A DNA stretch of 64,000 bases from the NCBI GenBank assembly GCA_965213675.1, contig OZ243916.1:1760001-1824000 (forward strand), written 5' to 3'. Origin of the DNA: an uncultured Candidatus Binatia bacterium. GTDB taxonomy: Bacteria; Desulfobacterota; Binatia; UBA9968; JAJDTQ01. Positions within the stretch are counted from its first letter, which is position 1. The number at the start of each line of letters is the position of its first letter. This document shows positions 38,324 through 47,909 of this stretch, piece by piece. The translations under genes and the position numbers were made by a program. Below the pieces are notes generated by a model. It ran no database searches, was not told the DNA's origin, and worked only from the letters and a program-made list of their open reading frames with translations.

Positions 38324-39220
38324 TCAGGTGCCGGCGGCGTGGCGTTCTTCCTGGAGCGCGGCGATGCGGTCCTCGATGGGCGGATGGCTGGCGAACAGCA
38401 TCTTCAGGCCGCCCTTGCGGACACCGGAGATACCCATGGCCGCGAGCTGTTCGGGCATGTGTTCGGGCTCCACGCTCCGCTGGAGGGCCTGCAACGCGCC
38501 GATCATGCTGGCCTTGCCGGCCAGGTAGGCGCCGCCGGCGTCGGCCCGGTACTCGCGCCGTCGGGAATACCAGGAAACCACCATGCTGGCCAGGATACCG
38601 AGCAGGATCTGCGTGACGATCACGGTGACGAAGTAGCCCATGCCGTAGCCCCCTTCGCCGTCCCGGTGGAGCGCACGGTCCACTATGTATCCGATCACCC
38701 GGGACAGGAAGATCACGAAGGTGTTGAGAACGCCCTGGAGCAGGGTCAGCGTCACCATGTCGCCGTTGGCGATGTGGCTCACCTCGTGGCCCACCACGGC
38801 CGCCGCCTGTTCCGAATTCATGGACCGCAAGAGGCCCGTGCTCACCGCCACCAGGGAATTGTTCCGGCTCGGGCCGGTGGCAAAGGCATTGGGCTCCGGG
38901 GAATCGTAGATCGCCACCTCGGGCATGGCGATGTTCGCGGCCCGGGCGTGGTTCTGCACGGTGTTGACAAGCCAGCTTTCGGTGTTGTTCCGGGGTTCAT
39001 CGATGACCGTCAAGCCCATCCATCTCTTGGCTGTCCACTTGGAGATGGCCAGGGAGATGAAGGCGCCGCCCATGCCGAAGATGAAGGAGAACGCCAACAG
39101 TGGCCAGAAGTCGATGCCCTTTTGATGAAGCAGCCCGTCAAGGCCGAGTACACGGAGCGCAACGGCCAACACGAACAGTATTGCAAGGTTGGTGATCAGA
39201 AAAAGAAAAACGCGTTTCAT
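38324..39220 (-). CDS. htpX: Membrane zinc metalloprotease HtpX
   Basis: MKRVFLFLITNLAI start, PNAFATG, HEVSHIANGDMVT (HExxH), SRRREYRADA, FASHPP. Confidence 0.96.
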   Translation of the reverse strand: MKRVFLFLITNLAILFVLAVALRVLGLDGLLHQKGIDFWPLLAFSFIFGMGGAFISLAISKWTAKRWMGLTVIDEPRNNTESWLVNTVQNHARAANIAMPEVAIYDSPEPNAFATGPSRNNSLVAVSTGLLRSMNSEQAAAVVGHEVSHIANGDMVTLTLLQGVLNTFVIFLSRVIGYIVDRALHRDGEGGYGMGYFVTVIVTQILLGILASMVVSWYSRRREYRADAGGAYLAGKASMIGALQALQRSVEPEHMPEQLAAMGISGVRKGGLKMLFASHPPIEDRIAALQEERHAAGT

Positions 39221-39360
39221 AAACCTGTTCCCTTCCTCTCGCGGATATCCTTCCTGCGTTTCAATCGACAATCTCAATCTACAATGCGGATCGTGCCGGA
39301 TCAATTCGGTGGCGCGGGCGCAGGAAAACCCGACCGTCGCCAACGGCGTATCGAGGCGCC

Positions 39361-40575
39361 CTACTCGATCCCGCGCACCGCCGGCAGACGCGCCAGACCG
39401 TACAAGCCCAGCGCCGCCACCAGGAAACCGCCCAAGGCCACGGCCGTGGGGGCGCCGGCGTACTCGGCCACGGTGCCGGAAATGGCGCCGCCCAGGGGCA
39501 TGAGATCCCAAGTGAGGCCGAAGAGCCCCAGCACCCGGCCGCGCAGGTCGTTGGGCAGGTTCAGTTGGAGGATGGTGTTGATGGACGTGAGATAGATCTG
39601 GTTGAACAGGCCCAGGAAGAAGATCAGGCCAAGGGACAGCGCGAACGACGCGGAGTAGGCGAACAGCATGAGCAGCGCGCCGAAGATCGCCGATCCCACC
39701 AGCACCTGCCAGCCCCGGCGTCCAGCTTGGGCCAGCCAGGCGACGATCAGGGTGCCGATGAGCGCGCCCACGCCGGAGCACGACTGGAGTAGCCCGAAGC
39801 CGCGCGAGTCCACGACCAGGATGGTGCGCGCGAACACCGGCAGCAGGATCACGTAGGACATGCCGAACAGGCTGTTGAAGCACGTGAGCCCGAGCAGGCT
39901 GTAGAAGAGTGGGTTGCGGCGCACGAAATCGAGGCCGGCGAGGATGTTGCGCCACACGCCGCCCTGGGGCTGTCCGGCCACGGGGCGGGACCGGATGAAC
40001 GCCCACAGCGCCACCGCCGCCGCCGAGCTCACGAAACAGGCGATGAAGGTATGGCCCACGCCGAACCAATGGATCAGAAGGCCGGCGAGGCCGGGACCCA
40101 CCAGGCGGCAGGCCTGCCACACCGAACTGCCCAGCGCCACCGCGTTGGCGATTTCCTCCCGCGGCACCATCTCCGGCAGCAGCGCGTAGCGGCTGGGGCG
40201 GTCGAACGACCGCATCAAGCCCGAATTGAATGCGAACACGAGCACGTGCCAGAACGCGACGCGCTCGGTCAGAACCAGCAGGCCCAGCACCAGATAGGCC
40301 AGCGCCAGCAGCGACTGGGTGCACACCATGATGCGGCGCTTGTCGGCGCGGTCGGCGACGGCGCCGCCCACCAGCACCAGCGACACGCGCGGCACCGCGT
40401 AGACGATCCCGGCCACCCCCAGCATCAACGGCGAATCCGTCAGCAGGAACACCAGCCACGCCTGCGCGGCCATCTCCATGTTCAGCGCCAGCACGGAGGA
40501 GAGCTGGCCCAGCCAATAGAGACGGTAGTTGCGGTAGCGCAACCCGGCGAACAGCCGGCGCAGCAGGTCTCCCAT
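39361..40575 (-). CDS. MFS transporter (MFS_3/DHA3-like)
   Basis: LRYRNYRLYWLGQ, GGAVADRADKRR, FDRPSRYALLPEMV, DLRGRVLG. Confidence 0.88.
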   Translation of the reverse strand: MGDLLRRLFAGLRYRNYRLYWLGQLSSVLALNMEMAAQAWLVFLLTDSPLMLGVAGIVYAVPRVSLVLVGGAVADRADKRRIMVCTQSLLALAYLVLGLLVLTERVAFWHVLVFAFNSGLMRSFDRPSRYALLPEMVPREEIANAVALGSSVWQACRLVGPGLAGLLIHWFGVGHTFIACFVSSAAAVALWAFIRSRPVAGQPQGGVWRNILAGLDFVRRNPLFYSLLGLTCFNSLFGMSYVILLPVFARTILVVDSRGFGLLQSCSGVGALIGTLIVAWLAQAGRRGWQVLVGSAIFGALLMLFAYSASFALSLGLIFFLGLFNQIYLTSINTILQLNLPNDLRGRVLGLFGLTWDLMPLGGAISGTVAEYAGAPTAVALGGFLVAALGLYGLARLPAVRGIE

Positions 40576-40673
40576 GGCCGGTTCAGTGACCGCGGGCCCT
40601 TGGAGGGTGGGACCCGGCGCGACCACCCCGCGGAGAAATCCGGGGTGCGGACGCGAGTCGTCGGCTGCGGGCC

Positions 40674-40940
40674 TCAGAGCGCATCGTTCGGCCGCGGAGC
40701 AGGGCGCGAGGCGCGCTCCATGCGTCCCAACAACAGCAGCAGGAACGCGGCGCTGAACGATACCGTGGCAATGAGCAGCGCCACGCCCGCCTGCGCCGTG
40801 TGGACCGTGCTTTGGGCACTCAGGGCGACCACCGCCGCGTACGCGCCGTAACCCGCGGTCATCGCGCCCCAGGCGAACAGGACCATTGCCGCGAAAGCCG
40901 CCATGCAGCGGAACGTCACACAAAGGCCCAGGCGAGTCAA
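40674..40940 (-). CDS. Small hypothetical membrane protein (2 TM)
   Basis: 88 aa with two hydrophobic stretches; fills the gap upstream of the MFS on the same strand. Confidence 0.45.
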   Translation of the reverse strand: MTRLGLCVTFRCMAAFAAMVLFAWGAMTAGYGAYAAVVALSAQSTVHTAQAGVALLIATVSFSAAFLLLLLGRMERASRPAPRPNDAL

Positions 40941-41088
40941 TCTGGACCCGCTCGCGCAAACTTGTTAGTGTCCTCTTTCAGACGTTTCCTTCAGGATGCC
41001 GCGCGGCGCGCGCCGCGCCGGCCCTTCGCCGGCCCTTCAAAGGCACGCGAGGAAGACCTCCGGGACATCCGCACCGAGGCTTGAACAC

Positions 41089-42267
41089 ATGGCGGGAACA
41101 CTCGAAGGCATCAGGATTCTGGAACTGTCCAGCTACGTCACCGGCCCATTCGCTTCCATGCTCATGGCGGACCTTGGCGCCGAGGTGATCAAGGTCGAGG
41201 AGCGCGAGCGCGGCGACCCCTTCCGTGGCTGGGGCGGCGGCACGATGTACTCGGCCACCTTTTGCAGCCTGAACCGCAACAAGAAGAGCATCACCCTGGA
41301 CCTGCGCAAGGAAGAAGGTCAGGAAGTGTGCCGCAAGCTCGCCGCCGAGGCGGACGTGCTCATCGAGAACCACCGTCCGGGCGTCATGGCCCGGCGGGGA
41401 CTGGGCTACGATACTCTCCGGGAGTTGAACCCGAAGCTCATCTACTGCTCCATCTCCGGTTTCGGCCAGGAAGGTCCCTACCGCGACCGGCCCGGGTACG
41501 ACACGGTGGGCCAGGGAATGAGCGGCCTCCTGAGTCTGCTGACCGATCCGGACGATCCCAAGGGCATGGGCATCTCCCTCTCGGACCATCTCACCGGAGT
41601 GTACGCGTGCTACGGCGTGCTGGCGGCCTTGGTGAACCGCATGATCACCGGCGAGGGGCAGATCATCGAGACCTCCCTGCTGCGCGCGTCGGTGTCCTTC
41701 ACCGCCGAGAACTGCGCCCGCTACTTCGAGACCGGTGTCGTGCCCAGCCGCGCCGACCGCACCCGCACCGCCGGGGTGTTCGCCTTCGTCGACCGGGACG
41801 GCCGGCCCTTCGTCGTCCACCTGTCCTCGCCCAACAAGTTCTGGCTGGGGCTCGTGAAGGTCGCCGGAAAACCCGAGTGGGGGGAAGACGCGCGCTTCGC
41901 CGACAAGGAAGGACGTACCGAGCACCACGACTTCCTCGAACGGGAGTTCCAGGCCATCTTCGAGCAGGACTCCCGCGACGTGTGGCTGCAGAAACTCCGG
42001 GAGCACGACGTACCCTCCACTCCGCTGAACAACCTCGAGGACATGTTCAACGATCCGCAGGTCAAGCAGTACGGTTTCCCCATCGAGGTGGAGCATCCCA
42101 GGATGGGCAAGGTGAAGCTCGTGGGAAGTGGCGTGAGCATGAGCCGGACGCCGCCCGAGACGCCGACGCCGCCGCCCATGCTCGGGGAGAACACCGACGA
42201 GATCCTGCGGCGAGTCGGCTACACCGCCGAAGCGGTCGATGCGCTGCGCGGCCGGCAGGTCGTCTGA
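41089..42267 (+). CDS. CaiB/BaiF family III CoA-transferase
   Basis: LEGIRILELS, GPFASMLMADLGAEVIKVE, NRNKKSITLDL, ENHRPG, SISGFGQEGPY, PGYD. Confidence 0.93.
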   Translation: MAGTLEGIRILELSSYVTGPFASMLMADLGAEVIKVEERERGDPFRGWGGGTMYSATFCSLNRNKKSITLDLRKEEGQEVCRKLAAEADVLIENHRPGVMARRGLGYDTLRELNPKLIYCSISGFGQEGPYRDRPGYDTVGQGMSGLLSLLTDPDDPKGMGISLSDHLTGVYACYGVLAALVNRMITGEGQIIETSLLRASVSFTAENCARYFETGVVPSRADRTRTAGVFAFVDRDGRPFVVHLSSPNKFWLGLVKVAGKPEWGEDARFADKEGRTEHHDFLEREFQAIFEQDSRDVWLQKLREHDVPSTPLNNLEDMFNDPQVKQYGFPIEVEHPRMGKVKLVGSGVSMSRTPPETPTPPPMLGENTDEILRRVGYTAEAVDALRGRQVV

Positions 42268-42411
42268 ATATTTGCGTTGATTGTTGGCAACCAAGTCTGC
42301 TAAGTAACGGCTCTCATTCGGATAATTGGCCGACGGCGCCAGCACCGCTGACGCGCAAGGGTCGGTCGGCGGCAATGGGCGCCAAACAGAACGGGATATC
42401 AGGAAATCGTC

Positions 42412-43701
42412 ATGATGCACTCTACGAAAGTTATCGGCCTTGCAGTTGCGTTGTCCCTCTCCCTTGCCGCCTGCGTCTCCACCGACGAGCACGAACGGGT
42501 GAAGCAGGAGCGAGACCAGGCATCGCAGGCGAAGGAACAGGCCGAAGCCAAGGTCGCCGAGTTGACGAAAACCCTGGAGCAACGCGGCCAGGAGGTCGAG
42601 GCTCTCCAGACGAAGGGCCAGGAGATGGAGCAGGCGGCGACGGCGTCCAAGAGCGCTCTGGAACAGAGCGGGAAGGACCTCGCGGCCGCGAACAAGCAAG
42701 TCAAGGAGTTGAACGCGGCGGTGGCCACCCTCACCGGCGAGCGGGACAGTGCGCGCAAGAACGCCGATGACACGGCCCGGCAGCTCGCCGACAAGACCAA
42801 GGCCGCCGATGATCTCGCCGCCCAACTCACCGACAAAAGCAAGACTGCCGACGATCTCGCTGCCCAACTCGCTGACAAAGGCAAGACTGCCGACGATCTC
42901 GCCGCTCAACTCGCTGACAAAAGCAAGACTGCCGACGATCTCGCTGCCCAACTCGCTGACAAAAACAAGGCCGCCGACGACCTCGCCGCCCAACTCGCCG
43001 ACAAAGGCAAGGCCGCCGATGATCTCACTGCCCAACTCGCCGACAAAAGCAAGGCCGCCGATGATCTCACTGCCCAACTCGCTGACAAAAGCAAGGCCGC
43101 CGATGATCTCGCTGCCCAACTCGCCGACAAAAGCAAGACTGCCGACGATCTCGCCGCAGCCAAGGCCGAACTGGAGAAGAACGCCGCCGCGCTATCGGCC
43201 AAGCAGGACGAGTTGAACGGACGGCTGAAGGGACTTGAGCAGCAGATGGCGCAGAAGGACACGTCCCTCGCCGAAGCGCGCGCCCGAGCCGACGGGCTGA
43301 ATGCAGCAAAGCAGTCGCTGGAAGCAGCGGTTGCCAAGCAGACAGCAGCCTCGGCTCAAGCAAACAAGGAACTGGCGCAGGCGAAGCAGTCCCTTCAGCA
43401 GTTCCGGCGCTCACTGGGCCAGACCCGCGCCGAGAAGGACAAGGCGCTCGCTGACATCGCCGCCAGGGACAAGGCGTTGGCTGAAATGGCCACCAAGGAA
43501 AAAGAGGCGGCCAGGAAGCTCGCGACAGCCCAGGCTGCCCACGGCAAGGCGCTTCAGAAACTCCGGCGGCAGCTGACCGAAGCCAACGCTGAGAAGGACA
43601 AGGCCCTTGCCGGTCTCGCCGCCAAGGAGAAGGAGCTGGCCGAGATGGCCGCCAAGGCCCCGGCACCCGCCAGCGAGCCGGGCGGCGCCCAGCAGCCCTA
43701 G
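42412..43701 (+). CDS. Coiled-coil lipoprotein with 14-aa tandem repeats
   Basis: Lipobox LSLAAC; Ala/Lys/Gln-rich heptads; ADDLAAQLADKxKx repeats. Confidence 0.8.
   Translation: MMHSTKVIGLAVALSLSLAACVSTDEHERVKQERDQASQAKEQAEAKVAELTKTLEQRGQEVEALQTKGQEMEQAATASKSALEQSGKDLAAANKQVKELNAAVATLTGERDSARKNADDTARQLADKTKAADDLAAQLTDKSKTADDLAAQLADKGKTADDLAAQLADKSKTADDLAAQLADKNKAADDLAAQLADKGKAADDLTAQLADKSKAADDLTAQLADKSKAADDLAAQLADKSKTADDLAAAKAELEKNAAALSAKQDELNGRLKGLEQQMAQKDTSLAEARARADGLNAAKQSLEAAVAKQTAASAQANKELAQAKQSLQQFRRSLGQTRAEKDKALADIAARDKALAEMATKEKEAARKLATAQAAHGKALQKLRRQLTEANAEKDKALAGLAAKEKELAEMAAKAPAPASEPGGAQQP
42763..43158 (+). repeat. In-frame 42-bp tandem repeat (1 degenerate + 8 full + 1 partial unit)
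   Basis: Unit GCCGAyGATCTCrCyGCyCAACTCGCyGACAAArrCAAGrCy repeats every 42 bp from 42805 to 43141. Confidence 0.95.
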
Positions 43702-43862
43702 TGTGGTGTCTGGTTAATTCGCGTCATAATCTGCGGAGGATTTTTAGTTGTCGGCAAGGCGCGATGACGAGCAGTGGCGGGTACCACGCGAGGAAGAGCA
43801 ACGCAGCCGACGGCGAATAAGACCCGCAGATTATGACGCGTATTAACCAGACACCACACTAG
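43698..43862. mobile_element. MITE family B, full copy
   Basis: CTAG at both ends; ~39-bp TIRs; left CTAG contains the lipoprotein TAG stop. Confidence 0.9.
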
Positions 43863-43902
43863 TAGCCTGCGCCGCGATGCGCGGCGCGGTCCGGCCGGGC
43901 CC

Positions 43903-44628
43903 TCAGTGCTTGATCGCGGGCCAGTCGTACAGCAGCTTGCCGTAGCCGGAGATGCTGCAAGAAAAACCCACCCTGGAAAGCATGTACCAGAGCATGGCGG
44001 GATTGCTGGCCACCACCGGTCGCGCCAAGTCGTGCTCGATGCGTTCCATCACCGCCAACGGGTCCAGCACCGCCCCCTGGAAATAGATGGCCTGCACCTC
44101 GGGATTGGCCTGGAAGGCCGTTTCCGTAAGGGCGTACACGTCCGCAGGCGCCACCTCCATGGCATCGCGATAATCGTCGAAGGTGTCGGCTGGCGAGATG
44201 GCCTCGACACCGCAGCCGGCAAGATAATCGCGGATCAGCTTGTTCATGGGCTCCACAAACGGCGTCAGCAGTAGCACCTTGGGGGTCGAGAGCGACTTCA
44301 GGGCCTCCGCGCAGGACTCCAGGGCCGTGGTCACCGGCACGTCCACCGCGTCCTTGAGCCTTCCCAGGAGCCCCGGATTGAGCACCTCCACCGGTGCGCC
44401 GCTGACAATGACGCCCTGCCAACCGCGCTCCCGCGCCAGCCTCGCGGAGGTCTCCACTACATGGTCGCCCGTGCCCCGGAGGCTCTCCAGGGGGCCGCGC
44501 ACGATGCCCAGCCCCTCGAACTCCACCTCCACTTCCGCGGGGATGAACGCCCGGAACGGTTCGAAGTGGGGACTCGAGCTCGAAATGGGCGTCACGAAAC
44601 CGACCTTGACCTTTGTCGCATCTGCCAT
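43903..44628 (-). CDS. Asp/Glu racemase / maleate isomerase / arylmalonate decarboxylase-fold protein lacking the canonical Cys pair
   Basis: KVGFVTP, VPVTTA, LLLTPF, VVASNPAMLW; ATG 44628 behind AAGGAGG. Confidence 0.78.
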   Translation of the reverse strand: MADATKVKVGFVTPISSSSPHFEPFRAFIPAEVEVEFEGLGIVRGPLESLRGTGDHVVETSARLARERGWQGVIVSGAPVEVLNPGLLGRLKDAVDVPVTTALESCAEALKSLSTPKVLLLTPFVEPMNKLIRDYLAGCGVEAISPADTFDDYRDAMEVAPADVYALTETAFQANPEVQAIYFQGAVLDPLAVMERIEHDLARPVVASNPAMLWYMLSRVGFSCSISGYGKLLYDWPAIKH

Positions 44629-44680
44629 GGGCACCTCCTTCGAGCAAAATTGGCCTTTCCCTGCCTCTCGCTACGATTCG

Positions 44681-44701
44681 ATTAACCAGACACCACACTA
44701 G
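44681..44701. repeat. MITE family B solo TIR remnant
   Basis: attaaccagacaccacactag; the CTAG contains the stop of the TraB-family gene. Confidence 0.8.
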
Positions 44702-45897
44702 AATGAACGCGCCGCGATCCAACTGCCGCCGATGAACGTTCCCAAAGTGCTGCCCAGGTTCGAGAAGACCACCACCAGCAGGATGCGTGACACCGGGTTG
44801 CGCCACAGTCCCTTGGGGAACGCGGTCACCACCTCGGACATGCCCTCCAGATCCGCCACGGTGGGCTTCTTGACCCAGGCCTGAACGAACCCCGAGACCC
44901 AGCCCGCGGCGATGGTCGGGTTGAGGCTGGTGACCGGAGCGGCCAGAAAGGCTGCCAGCACGGTGATCGGATGCCCCAGGGCCAGGGCTGCGCCCGCGGC
45001 CGCGAGCACGCCATTCACCAGCACCCATATGGAGAGGGACTCAAGGGAATGGGCGGCCCCGGTGCTGTAGAAACCATACGCGATGATGGCCAGGATCAGT
45101 GCGGGCACCACCCACTTGATGCTCCTGGCCCAGAGGGACGGCTCCGGGACTTCTTCCAGCGCGTCGAGGGAATGTTCCCGTTCAATTGCCCGTGTAATTC
45201 CGGGGACGTGCCCGGCGCCCACCACGGCCACGACACGCTCGCCCTCGGCTTCCCGGATCTTCTGCGCCAGGTAGATGTCACGCTCGTCGATGAGGCTCCG
45301 CTTCACCGCCGGGAAGGCCTTGGCGAACTCCAGCAGGACGTCCTCCAGGCGATCCGCCTGCTTGAGTTCATCCACCGCCTGCCTGTCGACCTCCGGCTCG
45401 GCCAGCGCGCTGCTCAGAAGGACGAACAGCGCCTTGAGCTTGTTCCAGAGGCTCAGACTCCTCCAGGTGCGCTTCAGAGTCACCTGGACATCGCGGTCCA
45501 CCAGCACCAGGTCCACGCCCCGCTCCTGCGCCAAGCGCACGCCTTCCAGCATGTCCGCCCCCGGCCGCACGCCGAGACGGTCGCCCATGCGCTTGTAGAA
45601 GGCCGACATGATCAGATGGCTCAACAGAAGCGCCGCCTTGCCTTCCCTGATGACCTTGAAGACGTTCATCTTCTGCCATGCGTCGGGCCGGGTGAAGGAC
45701 TCGTAGCGGGCCTGGCACAATTCCACGCAGATGGCGTCGGGGTTCACCAACTCGACGGTCCTGCGCACATCGTCGACACTCTCCAGGGATACGTGCGCGG
45801 TGCCGACCAGGTAGACCTCCCGGCCCCGATCGTTCAACCGCCGTGCATACGCGGGCAACCCGCCCACGCCCGGCGCCTTCGAGGCATCGATTTCCAC
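44698..45897 (-). CDS. TraB/PrgY/GumN (pheromone-shutdown family) protein
   Basis: VYLVGTAHVS, PDAICVELC, DRDVQVTLKR, LIDERDIYLA, AVVGAGHVPG, TSLNP, NLGSTLG; GTG start about 45897. Confidence 0.88.
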   Translation of the reverse strand: MEIDASKAPGVGGLPAYARRLNDRGREVYLVGTAHVSLESVDDVRRTVELVNPDAICVELCQARYESFTRPDAWQKMNVFKVIREGKAALLLSHLIMSAFYKRMGDRLGVRPGADMLEGVRLAQERGVDLVLVDRDVQVTLKRTWRSLSLWNKLKALFVLLSSALAEPEVDRQAVDELKQADRLEDVLLEFAKAFPAVKRSLIDERDIYLAQKIREAEGERVVAVVGAGHVPGITRAIEREHSLDALEEVPEPSLWARSIKWVVPALILAIIAYGFYSTGAAHSLESLSIWVLVNGVLAAAGAALALGHPITVLAAFLAAPVTSLNPTIAAGWVSGFVQAWVKKPTVADLEGMSEVVTAFPKGLWRNPVSRILLVVVFSNLGSTLGTFIGGSWIAARSF

Positions 45898-45902
45898 GCG
45901 AT

Positions 45903-46718
45903 TCAGACCTGGGCCACCGGGCCGTTGTAGTTCCTGAGCCAACCGATGAACTGCACGATCTGGTCGACCATGTAGTCGTGGTAGGCCTTGCCCTTCTCGG
46001 GCGACGCCTTGATGGAGGGGCTGAAGGAGCCCGTGGGCACGATGCGGCGCTGTTCCGCGCTGGTCCACGGGATGTCGATGACCTCGTGGGGCGCGGAGAA
46101 GAGGTCGCCGTGGGACCACGGCGAGAAGTTCTTGTCGAAGTCCACCTGCGACGTGGTCAGCTTCTCCGGCTTGACCAGGTGGGGGAATTTGTACCAGCAC
46201 TCCGAGATTTCCAGCTCGCCGCTGTGGTGCTCCTTCGCTTCCTTGAGCTCGTTGGCGATCTTCTTGGCAATCTTTATCGGATCGATGACCGCGAAAAAGA
46301 CTTCGGGCATCTCGTACTCGCGCAGGTTCTTGGTGGCCGCCAGCAGGCCGGGCAGGTTCGCGCCCTTGTGGCCGTTGATGATGAGGATCTTCCGGAACCC
46401 GTGCTTCGCCAGACTGCGGCTCATGTCCTGGATCACCGCCATCAACGTCTCGGTGCGGAGCGAGATGGTCCCGGGAAACCCCAGGTGATGCGGCGAATCG
46501 CCGAACCAGAGGGGCGGCGCGCACACCGTTCCGGTGGCCCGCGCCACGTCCTCCGCCAAGGCGATGGCGATGAGGCAGTCGAGACCGAGGGGTCCGGCGG
46601 GGCCGTGTTCCTCGGTGCTCCCCACCGGGCAGATGATGATATCCGAGTCCTGAAGGTACGCCGCGACGTCCTCCCAGGTCAGTTCCTGGAGCCATACGGA
46701 ACCCGTTTGCTCCGGCAT
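45903..46718 (-). CDS. Creatininase family amidohydrolase
   Basis: PVGSTEEHGP, GLD, SPHHLGFPGTISL, INGHKGAN, HSGELE. Confidence 0.9.
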   Translation of the reverse strand: MPEQTGSVWLQELTWEDVAAYLQDSDIIICPVGSTEEHGPAGPLGLDCLIAIALAEDVARATGTVCAPPLWFGDSPHHLGFPGTISLRTETLMAVIQDMSRSLAKHGFRKILIINGHKGANLPGLLAATKNLREYEMPEVFFAVIDPIKIAKKIANELKEAKEHHSGELEISECWYKFPHLVKPEKLTTSQVDFDKNFSPWSHGDLFSAPHEVIDIPWTSAEQRRIVPTGSFSPSIKASPEKGKAYHDYMVDQIVQFIGWLRNYNGPVAQV

Positions 46719-46868
46719 GTTCATCTCCTTGTTTGCGACGTGCGGCCCTCGTCCTTCGAACTTGCCCCTCGAGTTCGTGCTTCGACCCTGACCGGACAGG
46801 CCCGCGGAAGGGCTCGGGACGGGGCTGTCGCAGCGAAATCGAACGACGCCAACCTGTCGTGCCAACGC

Positions 46869-47852
46869 CTACTTGATGGCCAACGGATTCGTGGGCGACC
46901 CCACCGCGCCCGTGACCGGCAGCGCCGGCGCCACGAACATGAACTCATAGCGGCTGTCGTCAGCGCAGTCTTCCGCCAATTCCTCCAGGTGGAAAATCTC
47001 GCCCACCGTCAGTCCCATGTTGGGGATGCTCACCCAGTGCCAGGGTTGCGTCGCGTCACGGGTCTGGTTGGGCCGCACCTCCACCCCCCAAGTGTCGGTA
47101 GCCACGGCGGCCACCTCCCGGTGGTGGAGCCAGTCGAGGGTATCGAACCCGAGGCCCGGCGCGTCCCCGCCGGGATAACCGTCCCAGGACCCGGAGTCCA
47201 GCTTGGCCTTCATCTGTCCGGTCCGCACAAGCAGGTAGTCGCCCCGGCGTACGTCCACACCCTGGGCTGCCAGGGTCTCGTCCAGGTCGTCGCTGGTGAT
47301 GGCGTAGCCGTCCTCCAGCCAATCGCTGCCCTTGGCCCGGGCCACGTCCAGCAGCACGCCGCGCCCGACCATCTTCTCCCGCGTCTTCTCGATGCCGTTC
47401 TTCGCCGCGCCGCCGGAGGTCACCAGGCGGCAGTCATAACCATTGTACATGAAGTCGTCGTAGAAGATGTGCGCCAGGCCGTCCCACTGGGTGCCGGCCT
47501 GAAGCGGCATGATGATGATGTCATCGGCGCCGCGGATGCGCCGGTGGTCGAGCACACCCGACCAAGCGTCCGTGCCGGTGCGCAGCATCAGGTGGATTGG
47601 ATTGAAACGGCCCATGGCCGGGTAGTTGCTCTTGCCGCTTTGCGGACCGGCGGAATCGTAGGCGAGGGCCAGGGAGAACACGCGCCCCGTGCGCACGAGT
47701 CCCGCCGCGGCAACAATGTCCTCGGGCTTGGTGAAGTTGAGAGTGCCGATCTCGTCGTCCTTGCCCCAGCGCCCCCAGTTGCGCAGCCGCTCCGCGGTCT
47801 CCCGAAGCCGTTTCATCGTCAGTCTCGGGCGTCTTCTGGTGGCCAAGCTCAA
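46869..47852 (-). CDS. Cyclase family (kynurenine formamidase-like) protein
   Basis: NWGRWGKDDEIGTLN, GTQWDGLAH, GRGVLLDVA, LLVRTG, GAVGSPTNPLAIK. Confidence 0.88.
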   Translation of the reverse strand: MSLATRRRPRLTMKRLRETAERLRNWGRWGKDDEIGTLNFTKPEDIVAAAGLVRTGRVFSLALAYDSAGPQSGKSNYPAMGRFNPIHLMLRTGTDAWSGVLDHRRIRGADDIIIMPLQAGTQWDGLAHIFYDDFMYNGYDCRLVTSGGAAKNGIEKTREKMVGRGVLLDVARAKGSDWLEDGYAITSDDLDETLAAQGVDVRRGDYLLVRTGQMKAKLDSGSWDGYPGGDAPGLGFDTLDWLHHREVAAVATDTWGVEVRPNQTRDATQPWHWVSIPNMGLTVGEIFHLEELAEDCADDSRYEFMFVAPALPVTGAVGSPTNPLAIK

Positions 47853-47909
47853 CCTCCCGAGCCACTCCCGGGTTGAAAGTCCTGCCGGGATCGCCTATGA
47901 AACTCCGTC

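Noticed and set aside
42763-43158. Possible CRISPR array
   Set aside because: Units are contiguous with no unique spacers, are in frame in a lipoprotein gene, and no cas genes are present.
44698-45897. Plasmid transfer gene traB
   Set aside because: Motifs are those of the TraB/PrgY/GumN family, a common chromosomal gene, with no transfer region nearby.
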